DNA from: Nemertoderma westbladi
Lineage: Eukaryota > Animalia > Xenacoelomorpha
DNA: 64,000 bases
Reading direction: 5' to 3'
Assembly (NCBI GenBank): GCA_032718475.1
Contig: JAUCBJ010006752.1
Location: 37,179-101,178 of the forward strand
Made by a program: the position numbers and the translations under genes. Within the stretch, counting starts at the first letter, position 1. Each line of letters begins with the position of its first letter. The notes beneath the pieces are model-generated. The model was not told the DNA's origin. It saw only the letters and a list, made by a program, of their open reading frames with translations, and ran no database searches. Shown here one piece after another: positions 50,628-62,846 of this stretch.

Positions 50628-52032
50628 CAGGGTTGTTTGAATTAAATCATTTGATTTAAATCACATATAAAAATAAAAAAAAAATCAGATAGTTTTGATT
50701 TTTTTAAAGTCATGAATTTTATCAATCATGCTTTAAGGCCAGGATAAACATTGCATTACTGATTATTAATAAATGATTCAAATTACCTAAATATTTACAT
50801 GAAAATACAGTATCATCTCGCATTTCCAATACCATACAGTATTCACAGGCCCATTAATTAAGTTGTACTTTAGAGTTCTATTAAGTTTGTTGTTTATTTA
50901 GTTTATATTCGAATTCAGACTTTTCGGGATTTCCGGGATCGGGACCGGGATTATTCCTCTCGAGATCCCGTTTTACGGAATCGGTATTGCAATTTTGGAT
51001 TAAATTCATCAAAGTTAATAGTATATGAGGCAGGTTTTCAGTAACACTCACTTTATTTTACACTTCTGAAATATTAGTAAGATAAAGTTATATTAAAATT
51101 ATCTTATAATTGATTACTGGATGGTTTACTGAAATAAAAATTCGATATAATCAAAACATTTCGGTTCTGCTGAAACTTTATTTTAGATGTTCAACAAATT
51201 TATTTAACCATTTAAACTTCGGGATCCCGTTTCAAAAAAGTCGGAATCGGGATTGGATATTTCGCTGGGATCCCGGTTTTTCGGTTTTTTTTAAACATTA
51301 GTGCATTGATGAAGCCAGAAGTCTTCCGATTGTTTAAATATAAAATCTGATTTAAATAAAAAATCTGATTTAAATAAAAAAATCTGATTTAAATAAAAAA
51401 ATCTGATTTAAATAAAAAAATCTGATTTAAATAAAAAAATCTGATTTAAATAAAAAAATCTGATTTAAATAAAAAAATCTGATTTAAATAAAAAAATCTG
51501 ATTTAAATAAAAAAATCTGATTTAAATAAAAAAATCTGATTTAAATAAGAAAAAAGTGATTTAAATGGGTGACTACAAAACAAAGACCAAAGACCTAAAT
51601 AATAAAGACCTGCATAATCTTTGAAACATGTGTTAACTTTCGTTTATTGTTTTGGTTCCCCCAACAAGCCTCTGTAACATGCTCCTTTACTAACCTGTTC
51701 CTTTAAATGCAATGTAACCTAACGCTCTTTGGCACCTGTACAAAACAAAGATATAAAGTCGCGTTACGTCCTAAAGGGGATTAGGTCCCATTGCCATATA
51801 GCGTTAGGTCCCATTGCCAATTACAGGAGCAGGTTAGCAAAGGAGCAGGTTACAGAGGCGTGTTTGGGGAACCAAAACAATAAACGAAAGTTAACACATG
51901 TGTTTCATACAGGTCTTTGTTATTTGGGATTTTGCTTTTTAGTCACCCGATTTAAATGAAAAAAAATCTGATTTAAATAAAAAAAATCAGATTTTTTTTA
52001 TTTAAAGAAAATCATGATTTTTATCAACCCTG
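50628..52032. mobile_element. Non-autonomous hAT-like element
   Basis: TIRs CAGGGTTG...CAACCCTG; 8-bp TSD cacccaag/cacccatg; internal 19-bp repeat aaaaaatctgatttaaata. Confidence 0.85.
51567..51948. mobile_element. Mutator-like MITE nested in the hAT-like element
   Basis: Long imperfect TIRs GGGTGACTA...TAGTCACCC; 9-bp flanking duplication gatttaaat. Confidence 0.75.
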
Positions 52033-52571
52033 CACCCATGACATTTGCTAGATCATCCGCTTCTTCAAGGCCAGTGTCCTTTAAGATGCGTCTCAAGAAA
52101 GTCATGGGCTGTCCACCATGCTTATTCACTCCATGAGGCTGCCAAAGTACAAGATTATGCACTGGCTGGTCCTCACGGCGAAAGCAATGTCCTGCAAAGC
52201 GGAGGCGATTTTGTTCTAGTGTTAAGCTTGGGGGAACCAATGAGACACCTCTCATGTTATATAGTGTCTGGTTGGAGATGTGTGCATTGTACTTGACACA
52301 ATGAACCCGGCGTAGCATTCTTGTGAATGTGCCATCCAGAGATTTGGTGTCCTCAGCAGTTAGAGCCCAACATGGTCTCTCATAGAGAGGTACTGGAACT
52401 ACTGCTGCTCTAAATAATCGGACCTTAAGTTTCCGATTAACTCTCGGTGACTTCCAAATCCTGCAAAGCATATTCAAGGCTGCCCATGCCTTTCCCTTGC
52501 GTATTCGAAGGTCTCGCCTGACCTCCGGATCCAAGAACCATGGTGACAGAAGCAAGGTAACAAGAACCATG

Positions 52572-55500
52572 GTAATACAGGTCTTCGGCGATTAGTGCTT
52601 ATATATATATATACTGTAATTACTATATTAGTATTGAACTATCGTTGTTTATATCATTTGAATATTTTGGACATTATAATTAGGTACTGGGTACTGATTT
52701 CCACTGTCCGAGTTCGCTCGACCTAGTAGTAATTAGGTACTATTTTTTGAATACGGTCTAACAGTTCCTTCATTATTCCTATTTCGCTTATTATTTGTGA
52801 TTGTGCTGTGCTTTATATTATTAACAATATTATCAATGTCAATAAAATACTACTAACCATAACCCTAAGTCATAATCTAAGAAATTTAGCGGAATTTCTG
52901 ACATTATTGCCATCTAGGCCCGAAGGGCCGTTAATGCTAAATATCATAAAAACTTTACGGGCAAAGATGTAACTATAATCGATTTCAAAGAGTTGAGTTT
53001 GAGTAATTTATATTCACGGAATGGTAATCTGGAACCATATCCCATGATGATGTTTCCAGGTTTTGTTATATTAGTTTTCAACTGTATGTTAAAATTGAGT
53101 TATAGTTGTCGCAAAAATGATTTAAAATGTTCGCAAATACAGTAAGCCTACCAACCCACGTGTTTATTTATCTTCCATCCGCATTCATTGGCAATGAAAG
53201 CATGCCTGTTGAGTTATGAACTGGAGGTCAGTTGTTTTATATTTTTAACTCGTTTTATGATGTTTAGGAGATAATAAATGTCAATAAAACCAATTTCAGG
53301 TGTTCAGGGCAATTTTATAACAACAATTTTGTAACAAATACAATTATGTATTTATTATTATTATTATGTATGTATTTGGCTTTGATTTTATACCGATAAT
53401 TAAAATTCCAAAGCTGGTACTCAACTCACGTGTTGTTTACAACTTGTCACTATGGTAACCATACCATGTTCCAGATATTCTTGAACGTGTCCATGACGGC
53501 ATCTCCTGACACGAATCACATAAATAATTTACTTTATATTATTGGAGGAATAATTTTATGTGCTTGTGTTGTGAACGCGTTTGTGGTTTACCATGTGTGC
53601 AATTTTTTACGATTATAATGTAACTAACATTACTATAGAGTGGCGGTAACTTAAAATTGTTTTAGACTTCGTTGTTGGCATTGCATGTTATGTATCTTTA
53701 TAAACTGCCCGCCGAGTAGGGCCTAAATTTACGCGGCGGGCAATTCCTATTTATGAATTAAATAGTTACGCATTTTTCAACCTTGGGAAAGAGTAGCGCC
53801 CTCACTGCCTTACAGGTAATTGCAAAGAGAGAGGAAGCCTTAGGGATGGCTCCGCTTTCTGTTGCCCGTTTACCAATAACTTTACTTTATGTCACACTTA
53901 GGATATATGTTTATGGTACCATTGACGGTACCAAACTTTATTATTAGAGTGTTAAATTAATTAATCACTTAACGGAAGTTATGTAATTGAGACTGTCGTT
54001 TCTGATTCTGCCGGAAATGTACCCTAATCAACCAAATTTGTTTTTGACCTTCTACATAAATAATGACAATATGTAAAGGCATAAAATAGTGATATATAAT
54101 TTATACATAACCGTAACCAAACGTAATATTCTATGGCAGAACGATTGATACAGCAATTAGTTCCTTTGAAGAACATTGTAAACCTCAGTACGATATTATA
54201 TGGCCAACAGTTTATAGGCTCATTCCATCAAATGTCAACCGCAGTGCCAATTTTGAAAAAAGTGTATTATTGCTTCTCATATCAATTTTCAGAACCAATA
54301 TATGATGCGGTTTACGAATTTAATGCAAAAAACCGCATCAAAATTGGTAAACTTTCTGAAATCTGGTGTTATTCGGGTTTACCTCTCAAACTGCAAAAAT
54401 ACAGTTAACTGAGTGCATAATATGACAACAGCGTTTTATGAGTATTATTTTAGGCAGATGGCAAAGTAATAGAGTACTTTTCGAAGCAAAACAATCATAT
54501 TTTCTAATGAAATCATTTGCTGTCAATTAAAACAACGTTAGTAGTAGGGTCTTGGGCGGCTCGGCGACAGTTAGACCACACTCATGACTCATCGCTTAGG
54601 AATGTGACACCCATGGGTGTCATTGGGTGTGATTGGCGCCAGACTGTCTGGGTGACACCTCCTAATTAGAGTTATAGTTCTTCCGGGTAGAATACTATTA
54701 TTGGGTGATTTTAACTTTCATGTTGATGTCTGCGATAACAAGGATGCCGCCGAGTTTCTTGACATTTTAAATTGCTTTGGATTGGTACAGTTAGTAAATC
54801 AACCAACCCACATAAAGGGCCATACACTAGATCTGGTGCTAGTACACACTGACGACCAGAATATCGTTTGCAACGTTTTTGTACGAAATATAGGTTTATC
54901 CGACCACTTTGCAGTCTACTTTAACTTGAATTTCACTAAACCAGCCGATATATCACAGACAATAAGTTACCGAAATATAAGTAAAATAAACGGTAATCTG
55001 TTTTTGGAGGATTTAAAACATTCACCAGTATGCGACTCTCCTTCTGGTGATATTAATGGAGTTATTAAAATGTATAATGATAACCTAATGAACATACTCG
55101 ATAAACACGCCCCATTACAAACAAAAACTGTTTCCATGAGGCCGAAGGCAAATTGGTACACTGATGAGATTAACGACGCAAAAAGAAAACGCAGAAGATT
55201 GGAGCGCCGATATCGAAAGACGAATATCTGTGCTGATTGTATCGCCTATCGCCTACAGTGCACGGTGGTTGCCAATACCATAGCGTCAGCAAAAGAGACA
55301 TATTATAGTAACATTATAAAGAATAATGCAGGTGATCAACGAAAACTATTTTCAGTGGCTGCCAAAATACTTTATCGTAAAAACAAAAGTACATTGCCTT
55401 CACACGAGGATGATGAAAAGTTGGCGAACAGGTTTATGGAATTCTTTGACAAGAAAATAAAGGATATTAGATATGACTTATTATCTGGAAATGGCGGTTC

Positions 55501-56458
55501 TACTTCACGGGGCGTTGATGATCTGGGGGCTCCTACGGAGGGCGCTATCAAACTGGGTGTTCCTACGGGGGGCGCTACTGAATTGGGCATTCCTACGGGG
55601 GGTGATACTGGACTGGGCGCTCCTACAGGGGAATCATCCGACCAGGGCGTTCCTACGGGGGGAGCATCTGACCTGGGCATTCCTACAGGGGGTGCTGCTA
55701 GACTGGGTGTTCCTACGGGGGGCGCTACTGAATTGGGCATTCCTACGGGGGGTGATACTGGACTGGGCGCTCCTACAGGGGAATCATCCGACCAGGGAGT
55801 TCCTACGGGGGGAGCATCTGACCTGGGCATTCCTACAGGGGGTGCTGCTGGACTGGGCGTTCCTACGGGGGGTGCAACTGGACTGGGCGTTCCTACGGGG
55901 GGCTCATCTGAACTGGGCATTCCTATTGGGGGACCATCTGACCTGGGCATTCTTACGGGTGAAGCATCGGATCTGGGTGTTCCTACAGGGGGCGCTAGTG
56001 AACTGGGCGTTCCTATGGGGGGCGCAACCAACCTGGGCATTCCTACGGGGGGTGTTACTGGACTGGGCGCTCCTATGGGGGGGGCTACTGAACTGGGCAT
56101 TCATACGGGGGCCGCTACGGGACTGGGCATTCCTACGGGGTGCGCAACTAACCTAGGCATTCCTACGGGGGGCGCTACGGGACTGGGCGTTCCTACGGGT
56201 ATGGGGGGCGCAACCAACGGTAAAGGAAACAATATTCCCAAATTGGAACACTTTAATAAAATAACAATGGATGAGGCAGAAAAGCTAATAAAGAACTCAA
56301 AATCTAAATCTAGTACCATGGATCCGATTCCCACGCAATTAGTAAAACATTCAATAAAATTGTTGCTACCAGTGATTATGTTAATTATTAATTTATCAAT
56401 TACAACTGCTACTGTGCCGACTCTATTCAAGGAAGCTGTGTTAACACCAGTCATAAAG
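52572..56458 (+). repeat. 3.9-kb segmental duplication, copy 2
   Basis: Matches 43900-47786; one substitution noticed (tagtggtcgc vs tagttgtcgc). Confidence 0.95.
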
Positions 56459-57817
56459 AAAGCACGATTAAACCCTGAGATACTTACGAACTTTAGGCCG
56501 GTGTCTAATCTGATATATTTAGCAAAGTTAACAGAAAGGGTGATTGCAAACCAGCTGATGACTCATATGAACATAAATAAATTGTATGAACCTTTACAGA
56601 GCGCGTACAGACCCTTACACGGAACGGAGACCGCGTTGCTTAAGGTAAGCGACGACATATTACGCAAAATCGATTCGGGATCGGGAGTACTTCTCGTCTT
56701 ATTAGACCTTAGTGCTGCCTTCGACACGGTCGACCACGTTAAACTGTTGGACACTCTAGATCGAGAAATCGGGGTTGAGGGAATCGCCCTGGACTGGTTC
56801 AGATCGTACTTGTCGAATAGGTCACAACAGGTTCGCATTAATGCAAAATATTCGAACCGGTTGGATTTGCTGTACGGGCTGCCACAAGGATCGGTACTTG
56901 GGCCTATATTATTTTCGATATACACTCGTTCGCTTTCAAATGTTATTCGCAACCACGGCCTCTCGTATCATTTGTACGCGGACGATACACAGCTATACAT
57001 TAGTTTTAAACCTATTAATTCGTCCGTCGCTGTTGAGGTGACTGAACGTTGCGTGGCCGATGTAAAGAAGTGGATGGAAGATAATTTATTGAAAATGAAC
57101 TCAGATAAAACGGAGATTATCCTTCTGCAGTCCCGTTTCGGTAAACAACTAACGCCCCCTAACATACAAATAGGGGATGACCTGATCAGCTGCAGCGACA
57201 AGGCACGTAATATAGGTTTCATCGTGGATTCAAATCTGACATACAGCAATCAAATAAGTACAACGGTCCGAGATGCATTTCTTCATCTTCGAAGTTTGGC
57301 TAAAATTAAACGGTACCTCAGCAGACATGACCTTGAAATCTTAATTCACGCCTTTGTCACAAACAAACTCGACAGCAACAACTCATTATATTATGGATTA
57401 CCCTCGAAGTCAATCAAAAAATTACAATATGTACAGAATTCCGCAGCGCGACTGCTAGAGGGCGTTAAGAAACAAGAGCACATCACTCCAGTCCTTAAAC
57501 GTTTGCATTGGTTACCTGTAAATTTACGGATCAAATTTAAAATAGCTTTGTTGACATTCAAGTGTTTACATGGTGCTGCTCCTGCCTACTTGACCCATTT
57601 AATAACTCCCTATGTACCTCCACGACAATTACGGTCTGCTGATAAGGGACTTCTATTTGTACCGCAGTTTTACTTGCATAATTACGGGAGACGGGCGTTC
57701 TCAATTGCGGCACCAACAATCTGGAACTCCCTCCCGCAAGAAGTTAGAGATGCCACGACGCTGACTCTGTTTAAATCGCGACTCAAAACTCACCTGTACA
57801 AAGAGGAATATTGCTGA
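54701..57817 (+). CDS. LINE ORF2 (partial endonuclease, decapeptide repeat insert, reverse transcriptase)
   Basis: 1038-codon open frame; no true ATG start (begins at TTG inside the endonuclease). Confidence 0.8.
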   Translation: MGDFNFHVDVCDNKDAAEFLDILNCFGLVQLVNQPTHIKGHTLDLVLVHTDDQNIVCNVFVRNIGLSDHFAVYFNLNFTKPADISQTISYRNISKINGNLFLEDLKHSPVCDSPSGDINGVIKMYNDNLMNILDKHAPLQTKTVSMRPKANWYTDEINDAKRKRRRLERRYRKTNICADCIAYRLQCTVVANTIASAKETYYSNIIKNNAGDQRKLFSVAAKILYRKNKSTLPSHEDDEKLANRFMEFFDKKIKDIRYDLLSGNGGSTSRGVDDLGAPTEGAIKLGVPTGGATELGIPTGGDTGLGAPTGESSDQGVPTGGASDLGIPTGGAARLGVPTGGATELGIPTGGDTGLGAPTGESSDQGVPTGGASDLGIPTGGAAGLGVPTGGATGLGVPTGGSSELGIPIGGPSDLGILTGEASDLGVPTGGASELGVPMGGATNLGIPTGGVTGLGAPMGGATELGIHTGAATGLGIPTGCATNLGIPTGGATGLGVPTGMGGATNGKGNNIPKLEHFNKITMDEAEKLIKNSKSKSSTMDPIPTQLVKHSIKLLLPVIMLIINLSITTATVPTLFKEAVLTPVIKKARLNPEILTNFRPVSNLIYLAKLTERVIANQLMTHMNINKLYEPLQSAYRPLHGTETALLKVSDDILRKIDSGSGVLLVLLDLSAAFDTVDHVKLLDTLDREIGVEGIALDWFRSYLSNRSQQVRINAKYSNRLDLLYGLPQGSVLGPILFSIYTRSLSNVIRNHGLSYHLYADDTQLYISFKPINSSVAVEVTERCVADVKKWMEDNLLKMNSDKTEIILLQSRFGKQLTPPNIQIGDDLISCSDKARNIGFIVDSNLTYSNQISTTVRDAFLHLRSLAKIKRYLSRHDLEILIHAFVTNKLDSNNSLYYGLPSKSIKKLQYVQNSAARLLEGVKKQEHITPVLKRLHWLPVNLRIKFKIALLTFKCLHGAAPAYLTHLITPYVPPRQLRSADKGLLFVPQFYLHNYGRRAFSIAAPTIWNSLPQEVRDATTLTLFKSRLKTHLYKEEYC
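55523..56202 (+). repeat. 30-bp coding minisatellite (~23 units) in L2 ORF, copy 2
   Basis: Encodes LG(I/V/A)PTGG(A/S)(T/S)(E/D/G) repeats. Confidence 0.95.
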
Positions 57818-57942
57818 TTTTTATTTAATATTGTTCAAACTTTTTAGTTATTAATTAATTCTCTGTACGTAGCCTTTTTAGTTGGTTTCAAATAGTTTTT
57901 AAGCGCCTTGAAATATGTTCAGAAAGGCGCTATATAAATATA

Positions 57943-57973
<31 letters not shown>

Positions 57974-60043
57974 TAGGCTAATAAGACCCTAATTGACAGG
58001 TGTCATCAATTAATTAATACATTTAATCCCTAATAGGTGTCTTACGACTCCTAATTAGGGTTTAATTGATTATTGATTGATTATCACTGGGGAACAATTT
58101 GAAAAAAGTTTCTGTTGAGTGGGATTTGTTACCTGATTTCGACTAAACTTGACATGCTGAATTCAAAACTGCGGTCAGTTTTTGCCTAGCACGTCAAGTT
58201 TTTGCTCTACAGCTTATAATCTGAGCAAGCAAAATTGAATTTTAGCTGTAATTAATAAGGACTGATAATATACAATTACAAACATCTAAGGTTAGCAACC
58301 AGTGCAGTGTAGCCTATTTTAGGAAACTTACATTTGTCCAACACTAAATCGTGACTTCAGTAAGTTCTCAGGTGGAGGGAATTTTTCATAGGGAATTAAT
58401 CAATAATTATTGATTATATTTAATTGATTAATCAGACCGCTTAGCGCCCTTACACCCAATGGGTCATGAGTGTTGTCTAACTGTCACCTAGAGGCCCAAG
58501 AGGGTGTCATAAGTGACACCGCAGCTCTTTTATTTATTAATTATTATTTATTTGTACTTAATTTTAATTAATTATTTGTATTTAATTTTAGTTTATTTAA
58601 TTGTATTTATTTTTACTTTATTTATTTGTACTTAATATTATATTTACCAATAATTAGTTTTATATATTGGTTTCTAAATGACCTCATTGACTTTCATCTC
58701 GTTATACTGTACATAGCCATAGGTTATACAGCTCCCTTACTGGTAACTAATTACTCTCATATATATCCAGACAGCTTTATCGTTGACCTTTGACCCCCCA
58801 ATTAGCATTAACCAAGCCAGAGCTTATTAATATTAGTTGTATCCAAGCGCCCCGCCCCCTCTCGTGACACCTCAGATCACTAATTACTCTTACCTATATC
58901 CAGCCGTTTGCAGTTCCATAGTCTGCCACTAGAGGGCGTATTATCTGAAAATTAACATCTTCTCTAACTATGTTATTTTCATTCCGAATAGGTTTAAACT
59001 CGGTAGGCATCCAATATCTCAAAAACTCAAGCTAGTACGCAGAAATTTTAATAACAAACTTTACATAAATTTTGGTTGCGCACAAGACTGTATATTTTTT
59101 GTGGCGTTTCGATCACGGGATCACTGAAAAATAGCGGTTTTGAAAATTTAATGTCGAATTTCACCGATTTCAACTGGTCGAGTATGCACCAACTTTTTTA
59201 TTTGGGCTATTCAGTCACTTGAGCAACATACAGTATTTGTGCCTCAGAATCTTTTCAAATATTGCCAATCTCACCAAAAACGTCGCCAAAATTTGTTAGT
59301 CCGGCAAAAAAACGCACAAGTTCGTCTAAAAGAGTAAATTATTTAGTTGCGGAATAATATGATTCAACTAGAAAAGCCAGCCAGCTGGCTGTAAGGAGAC
59401 CGTCCATATAGACAAACGTAGTGTAGTTGGGTCCCTCATCATTCATTATCATCAACCTATAAACCACTTAAAAGGCCCAGTGCTTACAATTCAATTACCT
59501 GGCCTCCCATCTAACATAGCAGTGAGTAACCGTATAGATTATTGTCATAGGATTCACAGGGAAGAGCTATTCATCTGGTGGGGTAATACATTATACAAAC
59601 TAACAGTTGATGTTTGATTACTGTCTGGGTTAGAGTGAGAAAGTAATAAATTTGGCAAGTAATATACTTCTCTGCAGTCTGGGCTATCCATTCAATAAAT
59701 AGTAGTAGCTTACTAGGCCCACATGAGTACCAGCAGCTGGTGTTTCTATCGTTGAGTTGATGGCAATTATCGTGTTTTCATTTTCGCTCACTCAGCAGGG
59801 TACTGGTTTGAGGGGCAGGTTAAGATAATTTTTGCATTTTAGGATTATTAGTATCACCAATCAGACAATGTAAATCACAAGACATTTATGAGCGACGACT
59901 TTAAGACGGCTAAGTACAGTAGGATGTGCACAATGGCAGATCAACGATGGCATGATGGTATTGAATGATGGGAGACCATGAGGACTTAAATTGCGGACAT
60001 ACAATGTATCAGGTAGTATTTCCAGATCTACATTTTACATGAG

Positions 60044-60358
60044 CTGCTAGCTGAATGGTTAGAGCGTCAACCTTCCAACCCGGAGGATACCAGTTCGATC
60101 CCACCTGGACATCATCAAAGCGGTGCCCAACAAAAGTAAGACTTTATGTTGGCATTCATTAGCCCAAGTCTCCAGTTGCACTCACTGACAACTTATTGAC
60201 ACAACTCTGGTAGTCGATTCCGGAATGAAGTCTGGGCGTCCTCTAGGTTGGAGGCGACCGCCGCGGTGGGCGGCACAGGGGCCACGTAGGCCCCCTGGCG
60301 GTGGGGGTAGTACTCGCTCGGTGAGTCCAGACATAACGCGCCAACTAACTATAACAAC
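60044..60358 (+). mobile_element. tRNA-derived SINE
   Basis: TAGCTGAATGG A box, AGTTCGATCCC B box, GC-rich body, (AAC/AACT) tail. Confidence 0.6.
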
Positions 60359-60442
60359 GGGGTGACATCACAAAGTGGCGTGGCTTCACAGAGTGGCGTG
60401 ACGTCAGAGAGGGGCGAGTCGACGTCATAGCAATCTAAGGAA

Positions 60443-61085
60443 CCACAGTAAACCCTTCCATTCTGTTTCCTAAAGGAATGCCTGTACACCACCATGGGTA
60501 ATCTTCCACAGTAAACCCTTCCACTCTGTTGCCTAAAAGAATGTCCATTCATCCACCATTGGTGATCTTCCACAGTAATTAAACCCTTAAATTCTGTACG
60601 TTAAGGAATGCCTGTTCACCACCATGTGTGATCTTCCTGTTAACCCTTCCACTCTGTTTTCTAAAGGAATGCTTGTTCACCACCTTGGATAATCTTCCAC
60701 AGTAAACCCTCCCATTATTTTCCCCAAAGGAATGCCCGTTCAACCACCATGGGTGATCTTCCACAGTAAACCCTTCCACTCTGTTGCCTAAAGGTATGCT
60801 TGTTTACCACTATGGGTGATCTTCCACAGTAAACCCTTCCACTCTGTTTCCTTAAGGAATGCCTGTTCATCACCATGGGTGATCTTCCACAGTAAACCCT
60901 CCCATTATTTTCCCCAAAGGAATGCCCGTTCACCACCATGGGTGATCTTCCACAGTAAACCCTTCCACTCTGTTGCCTAAAGGAATGCCTGTTCAGTAGT
61001 GTTCACCACCAAGGGTGGTCTTCCACAGTAAACCCTTCCACTTATGTTGCATAAATCAATGCCTGTTTAACACCATGGATTATAT
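60443..61085. repeat. ~60-bp minisatellite (~11 units)
   Basis: ccacagtaaacccttccactctgtt..aaggaatgcctgttcaccaccatgggtgatctt. Confidence 0.9.
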
Positions 61086-61604
61086 ATTCCAACGACCTTT
61101 TATTAATCTCGCTGACGCTCGGTAAATAAGATAGATGCCTTGAGAAAAGTGAAAAAGTTATGCTTATTTCCCATGTAATAAATAATTAATTATTAACACA
61201 TCCCAGTACAGTAGTTCTTATAAAGCTATTGCCAAATGCCATACGTACTGTAAATACATACAAGGTAGTATATGGACGGTGTTATGCATAAGGGTGTTAT
61301 CCCACATTTGTTGAAATTGAGTTTTTGGTATCATTCGATAGAGAAAAGTGTAATCTACTGTACCTAATTATGACTTCCTATTGCCCAATAATACGAGGAA
61401 ATAAATGCCTTAAAAATAAAAGAAATACAACAACGATCACACAGGATGTTAAAAACTTTGTGAGATCGATTATCTCAAATTGAACTTTTGTGGCTTAACA
61501 CCCCTTTGCATAACACCGCCCCTATTGTATGTAAGCATACTGTATTTATGTACCTGCTTATTTTAATGTATTTACTGTAATCAATATATTTCCTATTAAA
61601 TGTT

Positions 61605-62846
61605 TTACATATTATTATATTCATTTGACTTTGTCCTTAACCTAATAAACATATCCCAGGCGAGTTCCATATTACCTTGGAATTCATCTACAGTTATAAC
61701 TATATCTCTCTCAACATGGTGTATATGTGTAGCAAACATACCGCAAAGAATTGTATCATCTACAGACAAAGTTATTCCAGTAGTCAGAGACAAACATTTC
61801 TCACGCGTTTCCTCATTAATGGTTCGTAATTCATCTACACCATCTTGGATTCTTTGTGGCCCATAATTTCGTATCGTTTCCCATAATGTCTTATTGAATT
61901 GTTTATATAACATCCAATCTCCTAGATTTATCTCTCGTATTTTATCTTTGATTTTGTCATCAATTTCATCGAGTTTACCAGGATTAGTATTCTTCACTTT
62001 ATAAACTACATCCTGAATCGTCCAGCAAAGAAGATCTTTCATAACAATTAAAGACTCATCGAAATGTTCTAGAACGATAATAAAGTCAAATTCTTTAGAA
62101 ATATCATTAATTACTTTTTGAATTTCGTTAACATCGCTATCATTCTGTAAGATATATCCCAACTCGTATAACATTGGGTTAACGAAGGCTCTTCCATTGA
62201 AAGTTACATCGTCTGGGTATTCCATATAGTGATTGAGAAAAGATTCATTGTCGATCGGAAGAATGGATGACGAAAAAAGTTTGTATTTTACATCGTTTTT
62301 GTTGTAATACTTAATATAAGAAGGAATTAAAGTGGCCGGGTCTCTTATGCTAGAAATATACATTGTATCAACCGGCATAACATCTCGGATGCTGTGACTA
62401 TATCGACAATGAAGGAATGACACATTGGGATGTTTTGTGTTTACATTCATGTCTGAATGCCAATTGTAGTTCCAATCTGGGTACCCTAAACTATTAATCC
62501 ATTGCATGGTGAGTGTAGCAGGTTTCAGTTTGTTTTTATACGCGTGGTTTACGAACATTGGTATTGTGGTAGACGAGCCTATTTTGTGCATTTTTAACCA
62601 AAATATGTTCATTGCGGGTTCACTGCACTTAGTTTCATAGTGTATCGCTGTGGTTACGGATGTCTGTGGTATGGTAATTTGATCTATATTGGTCTCGTGA
62701 GCCTCATAATTCGTGTTGTTTGTTGATTTCGAATTTGGTAATACTTTGCTATCAGTAGTGTAGAATTTATTATCGATGTATAGAAGAATAACGAATAATG
62801 TCCCAAAAATTATTGTAATATGTTTGATTAACTTATAACAGCGCAT
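61605..62846 (-). CDS. GAL3ST: Galactose-3-O-sulfotransferase family protein (type II Golgi membrane), uninterrupted CDS
   Basis: N-terminal TM helix; 5'-PSB motif WLKMHKIGSST; RDP motif; EFDFIIVLEHFDESLIVMKDLLCW and DWMLYKQFNKTLW family motifs. Confidence 0.92.
   Translation of the reverse strand: MRCYKLIKHITIIFGTLFVILLYIDNKFYTTDSKVLPNSKSTNNTNYEAHETNIDQITIPQTSVTTAIHYETKCSEPAMNIFWLKMHKIGSSTTIPMFVNHAYKNKLKPATLTMQWINSLGYPDWNYNWHSDMNVNTKHPNVSFLHCRYSHSIRDVMPVDTMYISSIRDPATLIPSYIKYYNKNDVKYKLFSSSILPIDNESFLNHYMEYPDDVTFNGRAFVNPMLYELGYILQNDSDVNEIQKVINDISKEFDFIIVLEHFDESLIVMKDLLCWTIQDVVYKVKNTNPGKLDEIDDKIKDKIREINLGDWMLYKQFNKTLWETIRNYGPQRIQDGVDELRTINEETREKCLSLTTGITLSVDDTILCGMFATHIHHVERDIVITVDEFQGNMELAWDMFIRLRTKSNEYNNM

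Larger units (their letters stand above)
50520..52545 (-). mobile_element. RTE-clade LINE 3' fragment split by a hAT-like insertion
   Basis: ORF 51998-52570 carries RTE C-terminal motifs; its continuation resumes at 50627 and matches 23737-23825. Confidence 0.85.
54670..57970 (+). mobile_element. L2-type LINE, 5'-truncated within APE endonuclease, remainder of ORF2 intact
   Basis: GDFN/GHTLDL/SDH endonuclease motifs, LDLSAAFDTVDH, PQGSVLGP, YADDTQ, HITPVL..LHWLPV; 3' stem-loop aagcgcctt..aaggcgct and (TAT)n tail; TAATTAG on both flanks (54663-69, 57970-76) as candidate TSD. Confidence 0.93.
54547..58507. mobile_element. Inverted-repeat element interrupted by the L2 insertion
   Basis: tcttgggc..gacagttagaccacactcatgac (54550-54590) is the inverse of gtcatgagtgttgtctaactgtc..gcccaaga (58463-58501). 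Confidence 0.6.
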
